Positions 35,666 to 45,852 of a stretch of DNA of 64,000 bases are shown here, piece after piece. This DNA is from Clostridia bacterium (GTDB taxonomy: Bacteria > Bacillota > Clostridia > Oscillospirales > CAG-272), in contig JAFVTH010000022.1 in the NCBI GenBank assembly GCA_017503285.1, positions 4,749 through 68,748 on the forward strand, read 5' to 3'. Every line of letters begins with the position of its first letter. Positions within the stretch are counted from its first letter, which is position 1. A model generated the notes under the pieces. The model did not search any database and was not told the DNA's origin. It worked only from the letters and a program-made list of their open reading frames with translations. A program made the translations under genes and the position numbers.

Positions 35666-36607
35666 GTGGATTTTTTATGGTTTCTTTCAAATATCAGGTG
35701 CGAATTTTTAGATAAGCTTTTCCTTATCATTACCGCCCTTGGAGAAAAGGAAGCCTTTTTGGCTGTTGCCATTATTGTGCTTTGGTGCTTTTCCAAGCGT
35801 GATGGCTACTATATTATGTCAGTTGGCTTTATCGGTACAATTGCAAACCAGTTTTTGAAGTTTATTTTTAGGATTGAGCGCCCTTGGGTTTTGGATAAGA
35901 ATTTCAAGGCTGTTGAGGAAGCTATCCCAGAGGCAACGGGCTACTCCTTCCCCAGTGGGCACACACAAAACTCCGTTGGCACATTCGGCGCTATGGCTTA
36001 CTTACACAAAAAGCCGTATTTAAGAATTCCCTTTATCGCTCTTTGCGTGCTTATACCGTTTTCGCGTATGTATCTTGGGGTGCATACACCTAAGGATGTT
36101 TTGGTTTCTGTGGCTATTGCCCTTTGCCTTGTTTTCCTTTTGCGCCCTGTTGTTTATTGGGCAACCGACAGGCTAAGAAATATGATGATTTTCCTTGGGG
36201 TTATGGTAAGCCTTTGTGTGGCTTTTATATTTTTTATGTATTTTGCTCCACTTGATTTTGTAAAGGAGTACCACGAAAGTGGGCTTGAAAACGGCTTTAC
36301 CCTGCTGGGCGCGCTCTTAGGCATGCTTGTTGCCTACCCTATTGAAAGCAAATTTATAGGCTTTAAGGTCCAGGGTAAATGGTATACACAGATTTTCAAA
36401 ATAATTGTGGGTTTGCCGCTTTGCCTTGCTCTTATGGAGCTTCTAAAGCTGCCCCTTGACAATCTTATACCTGTTATGTATCTTGGCAGAGTTATAAGAT
36501 ATTCTCTTGTGGTTATGTTTGCCGTGGTTGTTTACCCACTGACCTTTAAGCTTTGGGCAAGGCTTGAGAATATTATTGAATCAAAAAGAAACAAAAAAGG
36601 CTGCTAG
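35666..36607 (+). CDS. PAP2-family membrane phosphatase
   Basis: 313 aa, GTG start after AAGGAG. Acid-phosphatase motifs KFIFRIERP, PSGH and SRMYLGVHTPKD. Confidence 0.8.
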   Translation: MDFLWFLSNIRCEFLDKLFLIITALGEKEAFLAVAIIVLWCFSKRDGYYIMSVGFIGTIANQFLKFIFRIERPWVLDKNFKAVEEAIPEATGYSFPSGHTQNSVGTFGAMAYLHKKPYLRIPFIALCVLIPFSRMYLGVHTPKDVLVSVAIALCLVFLLRPVVYWATDRLRNMMIFLGVMVSLCVAFIFFMYFAPLDFVKEYHESGLENGFTLLGALLGMLVAYPIESKFIGFKVQGKWYTQIFKIIVGLPLCLALMELLKLPLDNLIPVMYLGRVIRYSLVVMFAVVVYPLTFKLWARLENIIESKRNKKGC

Positions 36608-36621
36608 AGGCAGCCTTTTTA

Positions 36622-37215
36622 TTATTTTTTCTTTTTCTCCGGGAAGATGCATCTTTGCCCTGCTATGCCGGAAATATAAGAAAGTGTTGCAACAAGTGCG
36701 CCCGGTAGCATAATAATCCAGTACATAACAAACGGTGGAATACCATCAATTAAGAAAAGGTTAAGATATATACCGTTTGCAAATCTTAAAATAATATCAA
36801 CAACGCCGGAGCCGTTTGTCCATACAAAGTAAAATATTGTGCTAAGAACAGTCAAAAGAATTAAGGGGCTATTGGCAAAAAGCCAAACCTTAATGCCGTG
36901 GGCATTATCTCTTTTAAGCCTGCCACCGTCCATTTTGATTTTATCAGCAGCACCAGCCTCCCACATATTAACATAAATGAGTGCAAGGTACAAAAGCGCG
37001 CCGATTGTGCCACCAACGTGTGTTATCCAGCCATAGCCCTCTCCCAGCTTGGTAGCCAAGCCGGCACAGGCGATAACAACTATAAGACCGAAAACGCAGA
37101 TTGCAACATGGCACAAAATCAGATTTACAATTTGCTTTTGGTTATTTCTAAAAAACCTGAGGATGGGGTTTTTAACCTCTGTCTCCTCGTGGTCGAACTT
37201 CATATTTTCTTCCAA
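36622..37215 (-). CDS. Hypothetical integral membrane protein
   Basis: 197 aa with about 5 predicted TM helices. No motif recognised. Confidence 0.5.
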   Translation of the reverse strand: MEENMKFDHEETEVKNPILRFFRNNQKQIVNLILCHVAICVFGLIVVIACAGLATKLGEGYGWITHVGGTIGALLYLALIYVNMWEAGAADKIKMDGGRLKRDNAHGIKVWLFANSPLILLTVLSTIFYFVWTNGSGVVDIILRFANGIYLNLFLIDGIPPFVMYWIIMLPGALVATLSYISGIAGQRCIFPEKKKK

Positions 37216-37368
37216 GATAGTTACCTCTTTTTAAGCATTCTTACAACTAATTATATATTATAAAAAAAATAAATGCAATATTTTTTAGAAAATTAATAAA
37301 TTTGATACAAATCATATAAAAAGTATGCTACAATATTATTATACAAAATAATTTTAGAAGGAGACACC

Positions 37369-38382
37369 ATGGCACAAAGATTTCCCATTGAGACAATGCC
37401 TACCTTGGTACGTGATTTTGCAGCATATAAGCTAACTATCCAGGGCTGCTCTCAAAAGACGGTTGACGAGTATCTTTCCGACCTTAGGCTATTTTTCAAA
37501 TTTATCTATGCTAAGCGAAACGGTGTAAAAATCCCATCTGATTTTTTTGAGGGGCTTGACATTTCAAGGCTTGATACAGATTTTATTACAGCCACAACTC
37601 CTGAGGAAATATATGATTTCTTTATATATGTTTCAAACGAAAGGAGTAACGGTCCCTCTGCAAAATCAAGAAAGCTATCGGCTATTAAGGCGTTTTTTAA
37701 GTTCATTTGTCAAAAGCGCAGGATTATGGAAAAAAACCCTGCCATTGATATTGAAGCGCCTAAGAAAAAGCAATCTCTACCTAAGTTTTTGTCAATGGAG
37801 GAAAGTGTTTTGCTTTTAGAGGCTGTTGAAAATGACAGCGAGTCCAAAACCAAAGAAAGGGACTATGCAATTATCACTCTTTTCTTAAACTGCGGTATGC
37901 GTCTTTCGGAGCTTTGCGGAATCAACCTTAACGACCTTGACAGGGAGCTGCGCTCCTTGCGTGTTATCGGTAAGGGAAACAAGGAAAGAATTGTTTATCT
38001 TAACGATGCATGCCGTGACGCTCTTTCTACATATCTTATTATAAGAAAAAGCGAAAGGTATTATAAGATTAACACCAATGCTCTTTTCATAAGCAAGCAA
38101 AACAAGCGCATCAGCAATAAAACCGTGCAATGGCTTGTTTACAAATATTTGACTCTTGCAGGACTTGACTATAAGCACTACTCTACCCATAAGCTAAGGC
38201 ATACAGCTGCAACACTTATGTATCAAACGGGCAAGGTAGATGTGCGTGTGCTTAAGGAAATATTAGGGCACGAGCAGTTAAACACCACACAAATTTACAC
38301 CCATGTGTCTAACAAGGGCATGCAGGACGCAATCGACAACAATCCTCTTGCTAACATAAAAAGGCAAAAAAAGGGCGACTAA
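37369..38382 (+). CDS. Tyrosine recombinase, XerC/XerD family
   Basis: 337 aa; N-terminal SAM-like core-binding domain and C-terminal R..HxxR..Y pattern (HKLRHTAATLMY, LGHEQLNTTQIYTHV). Confidence 0.8.
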   Translation: MAQRFPIETMPTLVRDFAAYKLTIQGCSQKTVDEYLSDLRLFFKFIYAKRNGVKIPSDFFEGLDISRLDTDFITATTPEEIYDFFIYVSNERSNGPSAKSRKLSAIKAFFKFICQKRRIMEKNPAIDIEAPKKKQSLPKFLSMEESVLLLEAVENDSESKTKERDYAIITLFLNCGMRLSELCGINLNDLDRELRSLRVIGKGNKERIVYLNDACRDALSTYLIIRKSERYYKINTNALFISKQNKRISNKTVQWLVYKYLTLAGLDYKHYSTHKLRHTAATLMYQTGKVDVRVLKEILGHEQLNTTQIYTHVSNKGMQDAIDNNPLANIKRQKKGD

Positions 38383-38451
38383 ATCAACATTTTCTGTCAT
38401 AAATTTACAACTTTTGACAAAAGGCGACCTTAATTTTGTGCAATATGACTA

Positions 38452-38480
38452 TTGACATATTCAAAAAAAGCCTGTATAAT
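38452..38480 (+). promoter_or_regulatory. Consensus sigmaA promoter of the ACP gene
   Basis: TTGACA-17 nt-TATAAT. Confidence 0.7.
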
Positions 38481-38504
38481 TATCAAGGTTAGTCATTCAC
38501 ACTT

Positions 38505-38520
38505 TACGGCACGTGCCGTA
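38505..38520. promoter_or_regulatory. Perfect 16-nt palindrome in the ACP leader (operator or RNA hairpin)
   Basis: TACGGCACGTGCCGTA, about 20-25 nt downstream of the predicted transcription start and 30 nt upstream of the start codon. Confidence 0.4.
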
Positions 38521-38549
38521 CACAAGTACCCCTATGGGTAAAAAAATAT

Positions 38550-38789
38550 TTGGAGGATTTTTCAATGTTTGAAAGATTAAAGAAAATTTTGGTAGAGGAG
38601 CTTGCTCTCAACGCTGAGGATATCACACCTTCTGCTGAGCTTGCAAACGATTTAGGAGTTAACTCTCTTGAGCTTGCTGACCTTGTTCTTACCTGCGAGG
38701 AGGAATTTGGTGTAGAATTCAATGAGGACGATATGCACAAGTTTATCACTGTTGGCGACGTTGTTGAATTTTTAGAGGCTAACGCATAA
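38550..38789 (+). CDS. acpP: Acyl carrier protein (stand-alone)
   Basis: 79 aa, acidic. LGVNSLELADLV carries the phosphopantetheine Ser in a four-helix ACP pattern. No fab genes are adjacent. Confidence 0.7.
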   Translation: MEDFSMFERLKKILVEELALNAEDITPSAELANDLGVNSLELADLVLTCEEEFGVEFNEDDMHKFITVGDVVEFLEANA

Positions 38790-38812
38790 TTAAACAGAAT
38801 TATAATAAAAAA

Positions 38813-38836
38813 AGAGGCTTTTTAGCCTCTTTTTTT
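38813..38836. terminator. Bidirectional terminator between acpP and the cytidylate-kinase-like gene
   Basis: AGAGGCT-tttt-AGCCTCT flanked by an A-run and a T-run. Confidence 0.75.
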
Positions 38837-39457
38837 CATTTGATTTATGTACTCGCAAATAATCTTAACAGCACCCTCTGTGCCCACCTTGCCGGTGTCT
38901 ATCATAAGATTGTAGTTGTCGCTTTTGCCCCACTTTAGCGAGGTGTAGTAGTTATAATAGTTCGCCCTTTTCTTATCGGTTTTGTAAATAAGCACACGGG
39001 CATCCTGCTCCGAAACGCCAACTATTCTTGAAACGCGCTCCACACGGGAATCCATACCGCCATAAATATAGACCTTTACAATATTTGGGTGGTCATTAAG
39101 AATGTAGTCAGCGCAGCGACCGACAAAAACCGAACTGCCCTTTTTTGCCTCTTCTCTGATTATATCCGCTTGCAAATTGAAGAGCCTATCATTAATTGGC
39201 ATATCATATGGGGACATATTAATCGAAAGCGGGTACATATCATAGTTGCCCATTGCTATTGAGTAAAGAAAGCTTGATGTTGCCTTTTCATCCACGCTTT
39301 TTAGCACCTCAAGGCTAATGCCTGACTTTTCTGCCGCCTTTTCAATGAGGCTCTTATCGTGAAAGGCATAACCAAGGGCATCGGCAAGACGTCTGCCCAC
39401 CTCGTGTCCACCACTGCCATATTGACGGGCGATTGTGATTATAATATTGTCATTCAT
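38822..39457 (-). CDS. Cytidylate kinase-like family protein
   Basis: 211 aa; IITIARQYGSGGHEVG P-loop variant typical of this Clostridia-wide family. Confidence 0.7.
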   Translation of the reverse strand: MNDNIIITIARQYGSGGHEVGRRLADALGYAFHDKSLIEKAAEKSGISLEVLKSVDEKATSSFLYSIAMGNYDMYPLSINMSPYDMPINDRLFNLQADIIREEAKKGSSVFVGRCADYILNDHPNIVKVYIYGGMDSRVERVSRIVGVSEQDARVLIYKTDKKRANYYNYYTSLKWGKSDNYNLMIDTGKVGTEGAVKIICEYINQMKKRG

Positions 39458-39565
39458 AACACATACTCCTTTCGTCTTATTCTAACTATATTTTAACCTT
39501 TTTTAGGATAAATTGCAATATATACACGCAAAATATGTGAATATGCACAAAAATTCAAAAACATA

Positions 39566-39594
39566 TTGATTTTGCAAACATTTTGTAGTAAAAT
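39566..39594 (+). promoter_or_regulatory. SigmaA-type promoter of fba
   Basis: TTGATT-17 nt-TAAAAT. Confidence 0.6.
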
Positions 39595-39633
39595 ATTAAG
39601 GATAAAATTTTGATATTCAAGGAGAAATTAAAA

Positions 39634-40497
39634 ATGTTAGTTTCAGCAAAAGAAATGCTTGAAAAAGCAAAAGCAGGCAAATATGCAGTTGGTCAGTTCA
39701 ATATCAACAATATGGAATGGACCAAGGCTATCCTTCTTACAGCACAGGAGCTTAACTCCCCTGTTATTCTTGGTGTTTCCGAGGGTGCAGGAAAGTATAT
39801 GTGTGGCTATGATACAGTAGTTGGTATGGTAAAGGGCATGATCAAGTGCCTTAACATTACTGTTCCGGTTGCTCTTCATCTGGACCACGGCTCATACGAG
39901 GGCGCAAAGGCTTGTATCAATGCAGGCTTCTCCTCTGTTATGTTCGACGGCTCACACTACCCAATTGAGGAAAACATTGCAAAGACAACCGAGCTTGTAA
40001 ATGCTTGTAATGTTCTTGGCATCTCTCTTGAGGCTGAGGTTGGCTCAATCGGCGGCGAAGAGGACGGTGTTATCGGTGCCGGCGAATGTGCAGACCCTAA
40101 CGAGTGCAAGATGGTTGCAGACCTTGGCGTAACAATGCTCGCTGCAGGTATCGGTAATATCCATGGTAAGTATCCGGCTAACTGGGCAGGTCTTAACTTC
40201 GATGTTCTCGGCGCTATTTCTGAAAAGGTTGGCAATATGCCTCTCGTTCTTCACGGCGGTACAGGTATCCCTGAGGATATGATTAAGAAGGCTATTTCAC
40301 TTGGCGTTTCTAAGATCAACGTTAATACTGAATGTCAGCTTGCTTTCGCTGCTGCTACAAGAAAGTATGTTGAGGACGGCAAGGATCTTAGCGGTAAGGG
40401 CTTTGACCCAAGAAAGCTTCTTGCTCCCGGCTTTGAGGCTATTAAGGCTACTGTTAAGGAAAAGATGGAGCTTTTCGGTTCTGTAAACAAGGCTTAA
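39634..40497 (+). CDS. fba: Fructose-1,6-bisphosphate aldolase, class II
   Basis: 287 aa from ATG 39634 (AAGGAG RBS). Has HLDHG, GSIGGEEDG and VLHGGTG motifs. Confidence 0.9.
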   Translation: MLVSAKEMLEKAKAGKYAVGQFNINNMEWTKAILLTAQELNSPVILGVSEGAGKYMCGYDTVVGMVKGMIKCLNITVPVALHLDHGSYEGAKACINAGFSSVMFDGSHYPIEENIAKTTELVNACNVLGISLEAEVGSIGGEEDGVIGAGECADPNECKMVADLGVTMLAAGIGNIHGKYPANWAGLNFDVLGAISEKVGNMPLVLHGGTGIPEDMIKKAISLGVSKINVNTECQLAFAAATRKYVEDGKDLSGKGFDPRKLLAPGFEAIKATVKEKMELFGSVNKA

Positions 40498-40541
40498 TTT
40501 CTTATAGATATATTAAAAAGGCACCCAAAAGGTGCCTTTTT

Positions 40542-40904
40542 TTATTCTGCTTGTGAGGCTTCATTACCTTCAACAGGCGCTTCGGTAGCTTCGGGGGGCT
40601 GGTCCATTGGTGGCTCCCCGTTCATTTCCCTTAGCTTTTCAAAGATTGCTATATTTTCCTTTTCAAGCCTGTCAATTCTTGCATTTAGATATTCCTCAAG
40701 AATAAGCTGATTTTCCTGTATGTTTGCAAGAGCAAAGAACATACAAGTGGCAACAACGGTGGCAAATGCACCTAAAAGAATTGCAAGCAAGCCAAGTGCC
40801 GGGTTCATCTTAAAGCCTAAGACGGCAAAAACAACGGTTGCTATAATGCCTATTATGCCAAAGGCAACGCCAACTGCCCTTATAGTTACGTGGTTACTTT
40901 TCAT
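40542..40904 (-). CDS. Small membrane protein with C-terminal coiled coil
   Basis: 120 aa with two TM helices. Its start overlaps the stop of the DUF1292 gene (ATGA). Confidence 0.5.
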   Translation of the reverse strand: MKSNHVTIRAVGVAFGIIGIIATVVFAVLGFKMNPALGLLAILLGAFATVVATCMFFALANIQENQLILEEYLNARIDRLEKENIAIFEKLREMNGEPPMDQPPEATEAPVEGNEASQAE

Positions 40905-41227
40905 TCTTCCTCGTCACCTTGGCTTTCTATGTTATCAAGTAAACGATTGTATTCCTTGAAAACTGCGTCTATAATTTCGTCGTCAAGCTCAATTTCAAAC
41001 TTGTCCTCTCCATTTTCGGTTCTCGAAACCTTGAAAACAAGCGCCTCATCATCAGCCATACCCTCTAAAAGCTCAACCGGCTGTAAAATTGCATAAAAGC
41101 TACCCTTGTGGGCAATACCGGCAATTTCAATAAAATCAATCTCCTCGCCATCTGCACTAAGCAGGGTCACTATATCGTCTTCATCCTGCATAAGCTCATC
41201 ATCTTGGATTTCGTTTATATCTGCCAT
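40901..41227 (-). CDS. DUF1292-family acidic protein
   Basis: 108 aa; DGEEIDFIEIAGIAHKGSFYAILQPVE pattern. Confidence 0.7.
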   Translation of the reverse strand: MADINEIQDDELMQDEDDIVTLLSADGEEIDFIEIAGIAHKGSFYAILQPVELLEGMADDEALVFKVSRTENGEDKFEIELDDEIIDAVFKEYNRLLDNIESQGDEEE

Positions 41228-41237
41228 AATTATCTCC

Positions 41238-41753
41238 TTAAACTATATTAATTTGACACATTTTCATTGCCTCAAGGGCATTTTTGTGGCTACTTGGAGT
41301 AACTCCTGCACAGGCTGATGCATCAACCACTATTTCTGTGTCCAAAAGTGCAGCCTTCAAAAGCATTGCGTTTGAAATAACGCAAATATCGGTACAAAGA
41401 CCAACAAGGGTTATTTCGCTTATAGGATTTATTTGGTTCTCCTCAAGCATCCTTGCAACAAGCTCATAGGAGCCGAAGGTGGGCTTTTCTATAACGTCGG
41501 TTGCGTAGGGCAAAAGTCTATCGTTTATTTCCCAGCCCTTAGTGCCCCTTATACAATGCTCAACAGGTAGCTTTTTGCCCTCCTGTGTCTGTAAATAGCC
41601 CTTTTCGTGGGTGTCCTTGGTAAAAATCACCTTGCCGGAAAAGCTCTTTACAAGCCTTTCCACATTTGGCACTATTGATACAGCCTCGGCTGTGCCGAGT
41701 GCCATATCAATAAAATCATTTTGCATATCAACTACAACTAAAATTTCCTGCAT
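41238..41753 (-). CDS. pncA: Isochorismatase-family cysteine hydrolase (nicotinamidase-like)
   Basis: 171 aa with VVDMQNDF, a lysine region and the GLCTDICV catalytic Cys. Confidence 0.7.
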   Translation of the reverse strand: MQEILVVVDMQNDFIDMALGTAEAVSIVPNVERLVKSFSGKVIFTKDTHEKGYLQTQEGKKLPVEHCIRGTKGWEINDRLLPYATDVIEKPTFGSYELVARMLEENQINPISEITLVGLCTDICVISNAMLLKAALLDTEIVVDASACAGVTPSSHKNALEAMKMCQINIV

Positions 41754-41762
41754 AATAGCTCC

Positions 41763-44468
41763 TTACATAAGGAATTTAACAGAAAGGAGCTTAACATCTG
41801 CCTCAGAGCTAAAGGTAAGCTTGTGCTTTCCACCCATTACAGAAATCGGTGCCCTTACTATTCCCCTTTTGCCATCTGTTCCCTTTGCTACAAGTGTAAC
41901 AGCCTCGGTTCTGTCAAGAAGCAACGGAATTTTGATTTGGGCAAGGGCTGAAAGTGTTGTTGTAAACTCAACCTCAAGAATAAACTTTCCTGCCTTATTA
42001 AGCTCTATCTCTGTTGCTACGCCAAGCTCAACATTTTCTATTTGAGCCTCTTTATTCATATTAGAGGTATCAAGGTCGCCAATGTCGTACTTAAAGCCAT
42101 TTGCCTTAAAGCGCTCGTATGCGTGGGTGTACATTGCAAACTCACAAATTCTCTTTGCGCAGGTCTGAAGCTCTGCTATTGTAAGATAGCCGTTATCAAG
42201 AGACGGCTCAAGGTTATCTGTGTTGGTTTTTGCGTTTTCCATAACCATGTAAATGTCGTTTTGCGCCTTTACCATGGAAGCAAAGTCACTGGTGCTTGTT
42301 GTGCCGTCAAGGTTGGTAATGTGTGCCCACCAGTCGGTCATAACAAAGCCCTCATATCCCCAGTCGTCACGAAGAAGTGTTTTTGTAAGGTCATAGTTTG
42401 AAGCAGCGTGATAGCCGTTTACTGCGTTATATGCAGTCATAATTGACTTAACGCCACCCTCTTTAACTGCAATTTCAAATGGGCGCGCATAGATTTCACG
42501 CAGCGCTCTTTCAGAAAGCACAGAGTCGTTTGTATGTCTATACCACTCCTGGCTGTTTGCCATAAAGTGCTTGATTGTTGCATAAACGCCAACCCTGTTA
42601 AGACCCTTGGAAATGGCTGTTGCCATTTTACCTGTCAGATATGGGTCCTCAGAGAAATATTCAAAGTTTCTGCCATTTAGCGGGCTTCTGTGAATATTAA
42701 TACCCGGGCCAAGGATAACGTCAATTTCATATGCGGTCATCTCAACGCCCTCAAGGGAATAAAGGTCCATAACAAGCTGATCATTAAAGGTACATGCAAG
42801 GCAGGTGCCGTTTGGCATGCTTGTTGCCAAAAGACCACAGTCCATTCTAATACCGGAAGGACCATCTGTGCCACAAATAACAGGCACGCCGTAAGCAATA
42901 AGCTCGTTTGTAACGCCACCGAAGGCGCAGCCTGTACCGGGGGTAACCTTAGGGCTGTTCATACCCTCGCCGCGAACAAGACAGCAAAGCTCACTTCTTG
43001 TTAGCTGAGCAATAAACTCATCCATCGTGCTTTTGCCCTGTCTTACATCCTCAAGGGTAATGCCCTTGTTTCCTGTAAATGGAATTTCCTTTGGCAGATT
43101 TTCGTTTATTCTATCCTTAATGTCATATTTTGCTGTTGGAACAGGCTCTGTTGTGATTTTGCCGTTTTCGTTCTTAATTCTTTCAAAATCCATTCTTGGA
43201 GCAAGAGTCTGCACGCATTTTCTTACTACCCTTGTTTCGTCCTCAAGGTATGCAAACACAGGCTCACTGTCTCTTACAGAATTACCAACATAAATTATGT
43301 ACTGTCCTGCCTCTAAAACATAAGAAAATTCGTTTCCTGTCACGCCGGAATCGTCATAGCAAGCCATGTCATCAATGTTAAAAGATAGACACAGGGTCTC
43401 TTTTTCGTTAGGCTCAAGCAATTTTGTTTTGGCATAAGCAATAAGCTCACGGCTTGCCTTGCCAAGCTTGCCGTTTGGTGCGCCAAAGTATACCTGCACA
43501 ACCTCTTTTCCTGCTTTTTTGCCAACGTTTGTTACTGTCGCTTCAACTACAATTTTGTCGTTTTCCACCCTTGCCTGTGAGCTTATTTCAAAGCTTGTGT
43601 AGGAAAGGCCAAAGCCGAACGGATAAAGAGCCTTTTCCTTATCGAAGGTTTCAAAATAACGGTATCCGACATAAATATCCTCTTTATAAAGGTTTCTTTC
43701 CTTGCCACCGAAATTAGGGCTTGATGGATAGTCCTCAATATCATAGGCAATGGTGTCAGCAAGCTTACCAGAAGGAGAATCACCCATAAGCACCTGAGCA
43801 CACGCCTTGCCACCGCACATACCTCCCTGCCATACGTAAAGCACAGAGGAAATGTTATACTTGTCTACCCACTTCATATCTATAATTGCGCCAACGTTAA
43901 GCACAACTATAATCTTGTCAAAAATTTGGCTAACCTTGTTAAGCAGCTCCTCCTCGCCACGGCTAAGAAGATAGCTGCCCTCGCTTTTTGAGTTATCCTT
44001 ATCCTCGCCTGCGGTTCTGCCGATTACTACAATCGCCTTTTCGCCAAACTCCCTTGCCTTTTTGACAAGCTCTATATCAATATCCATTTCCTTTTGGCAC
44101 CAAGGCTCTTGACCCCAGCCCTGACCCTTGTCAAAGGGATTTTCCTTTTTCCATTCCTCATAAACGGAAAGAAGCTCCTTATTTACTTCAATATCATCAT
44201 AAGCCATAAGCTCATCAACGATATTTGTTACATATTTTACATTAACAAGACCACCGGAGCCTGTGCCACTCTTGTAATACTCTCTCTGAATTCTGCCAAA
44301 AACAGACACTCTGTCCCCTTTTTTTAGTGGAAGAGTCTCTTTTTCGTTTTTGAGCATTACAATTCCCTCTTTTGCGCTTTCGAGGGATAAAAGCTCCAGC
44401 TCCTTAACAGAATCCTTTGGCAAGCTGCCAAGGTCATAGCCCTTATAGTAGTTATTTTCGTATTTCAT
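41763..44468 (-). CDS. Glycoside hydrolase family 3 beta-glucosidase/xylosidase-like enzyme
   Basis: 901 aa; KHFMANSQEWYR and GFVMTDWW (nucleophile Asp) motifs plus a GH3 C-terminal sandwich domain. Confidence 0.85.
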   Translation of the reverse strand: MKYENNYYKGYDLGSLPKDSVKELELLSLESAKEGIVMLKNEKETLPLKKGDRVSVFGRIQREYYKSGTGSGGLVNVKYVTNIVDELMAYDDIEVNKELLSVYEEWKKENPFDKGQGWGQEPWCQKEMDIDIELVKKAREFGEKAIVVIGRTAGEDKDNSKSEGSYLLSRGEEELLNKVSQIFDKIIVVLNVGAIIDMKWVDKYNISSVLYVWQGGMCGGKACAQVLMGDSPSGKLADTIAYDIEDYPSSPNFGGKERNLYKEDIYVGYRYFETFDKEKALYPFGFGLSYTSFEISSQARVENDKIVVEATVTNVGKKAGKEVVQVYFGAPNGKLGKASRELIAYAKTKLLEPNEKETLCLSFNIDDMACYDDSGVTGNEFSYVLEAGQYIIYVGNSVRDSEPVFAYLEDETRVVRKCVQTLAPRMDFERIKNENGKITTEPVPTAKYDIKDRINENLPKEIPFTGNKGITLEDVRQGKSTMDEFIAQLTRSELCCLVRGEGMNSPKVTPGTGCAFGGVTNELIAYGVPVICGTDGPSGIRMDCGLLATSMPNGTCLACTFNDQLVMDLYSLEGVEMTAYEIDVILGPGINIHRSPLNGRNFEYFSEDPYLTGKMATAISKGLNRVGVYATIKHFMANSQEWYRHTNDSVLSERALREIYARPFEIAVKEGGVKSIMTAYNAVNGYHAASNYDLTKTLLRDDWGYEGFVMTDWWAHITNLDGTTSTSDFASMVKAQNDIYMVMENAKTNTDNLEPSLDNGYLTIAELQTCAKRICEFAMYTHAYERFKANGFKYDIGDLDTSNMNKEAQIENVELGVATEIELNKAGKFILEVEFTTTLSALAQIKIPLLLDRTEAVTLVAKGTDGKRGIVRAPISVMGGKHKLTFSSEADVKLLSVKFLM

Positions 44469-44539
44469 TTTGTTCTCCTTTGATTATAGGTCATTAAATT
44501 TAGTTTACCATTTTGTGTTACAAAAATCAATATATATAA

Positions 44540-44568
44540 GAAAAAACGCACATTTATTTATGTGCGTT
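44540..44568 (-). terminator. Terminator of tyrS
   Basis: ACGCACAT-ttattt-ATGTGCGT with a T-run on the minus strand. Confidence 0.75.
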
Positions 44569-44577
44569 TCTTCTTTA

Positions 44578-45795
44578 TTATAATGTAACCTTTTTGAATG
44601 CTTTTTTACCGCGGCGAACAACAATACCGTTTGCGAGCATATCTTTTGTATAAGTAGCTCTAATATCAGCAACCTTATTGCCATCAACTGTAACTCCGCC
44701 CTGCTCAACAGCGCGCCTTGCCTCACTTCTTGAAGGAACAAGCTCTGCCTTTACAAGGATTGAAAGAATGTCGATTGCACCATCACGAAGATCAGCCTCG
44801 TCAAGCTTACACTCCGGCATATTCTCGCTGCCACCTGCGGAGAAGATTGATTTAGCAGCGGTCTGCGCCTTTTCTGCCTCCTCCTCACCGTGAACAAGCT
44901 TTGTAAGCTCATATGCGAGAATTTCCTTTGCTGTATTAAGCTGGCTACCCTCCCAGGAGTCCATCTTATTAATTTCCTCAAGTGGCAAGAATGTAAGCAT
45001 TCTTATGCACTTAAGAACATCTGCGTCGTTAACATTTCTCCAATACTGGTAAAAGTCGTATGGTGGGGTTTTAACAGGGTCAAGCCATACAGCGCCGGAC
45101 TGTGTTTTGCCCATCTTTTTGCCCTCGGAGTTAAGGAGCAGGTTGATTGTCATTGCATGGGCATCCTTACCAAGCTTTTTTCTTATAAGCTCTGTACCGC
45201 CAAGCATGTTGGACCATTGGTCATCTCCGCCGAATTGCATATTACAGCCGTAGCGATTATAAAGCTCTAAAAAGTCGTAGGACTGCATAAGCATATAGTT
45301 AAACTCTAGGAAGGAAAGACCCTTCTCAAGCCTTTGCTCATAACACTTTGCTCTTAGCATATTATTTACAGAAAAGCAGGAGCCAACCTCACGGATAAAC
45401 TCAATATAGTTAAGGTCAAGAAGCCAGTCGGCATTGTTAACCATCATAGCCTTGCCCTCTCCAAACTCGATAAAGCGGGACATCTGCTTCTTAAAGCACT
45501 CACAGTTATGGTCAATAGTTTCCTTAGTCATCATTGAACGCATATCTGTTCTACCGGATGGGTCGCCGATATGTGCTGTACCACCACCGATAAGCGCAAT
45601 TGGCTTATTGCCTGCCATTTGAAGCCTTTTCATAAGGCAAAGCGCCATAAAGTGGCCAACATGAAGGCTGTCCGCAGTTGGGTCAAAGCCGATATAGAAA
45701 ACCGCCTTGCCGTTATCCACCATTTCTCTTATTTCTTCCTCGTTAGTTACCTGCGCGATAAGTCCGCGGGCAAGCAGCTCGTCATAAATCTTCAT
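44578..45795 (-). CDS. tyrS: Tyrosyl-tRNA synthetase
   Basis: 405 aa; HVGH (HIGH), KMGKT (KMSKS) and a C-terminal S4 domain. Confidence 0.95.
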   Translation of the reverse strand: MKIYDELLARGLIAQVTNEEEIREMVDNGKAVFYIGFDPTADSLHVGHFMALCLMKRLQMAGNKPIALIGGGTAHIGDPSGRTDMRSMMTKETIDHNCECFKKQMSRFIEFGEGKAMMVNNADWLLDLNYIEFIREVGSCFSVNNMLRAKCYEQRLEKGLSFLEFNYMLMQSYDFLELYNRYGCNMQFGGDDQWSNMLGGTELIRKKLGKDAHAMTINLLLNSEGKKMGKTQSGAVWLDPVKTPPYDFYQYWRNVNDADVLKCIRMLTFLPLEEINKMDSWEGSQLNTAKEILAYELTKLVHGEEEAEKAQTAAKSIFSAGGSENMPECKLDEADLRDGAIDILSILVKAELVPSRSEARRAVEQGGVTVDGNKVADIRATYTKDMLANGIVVRRGKKAFKKVTL

Positions 45796-45852
45796 AATAT
45801 TACCTCTAAAGTTATATAATATATGTTATTTTAGCAAATAGATGCATATTTG

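Noticed and set aside
37369-38382. The Xer-family tyrosine recombinase as a marker of a second mobile element or integron.
   Set aside because: I could find no flanking direct repeats, no interrupted gene, no tRNA target and no cargo. The neighbours are ordinary genes with their own promoters and terminators. It is most simply a chromosomal Xer-type recombinase.
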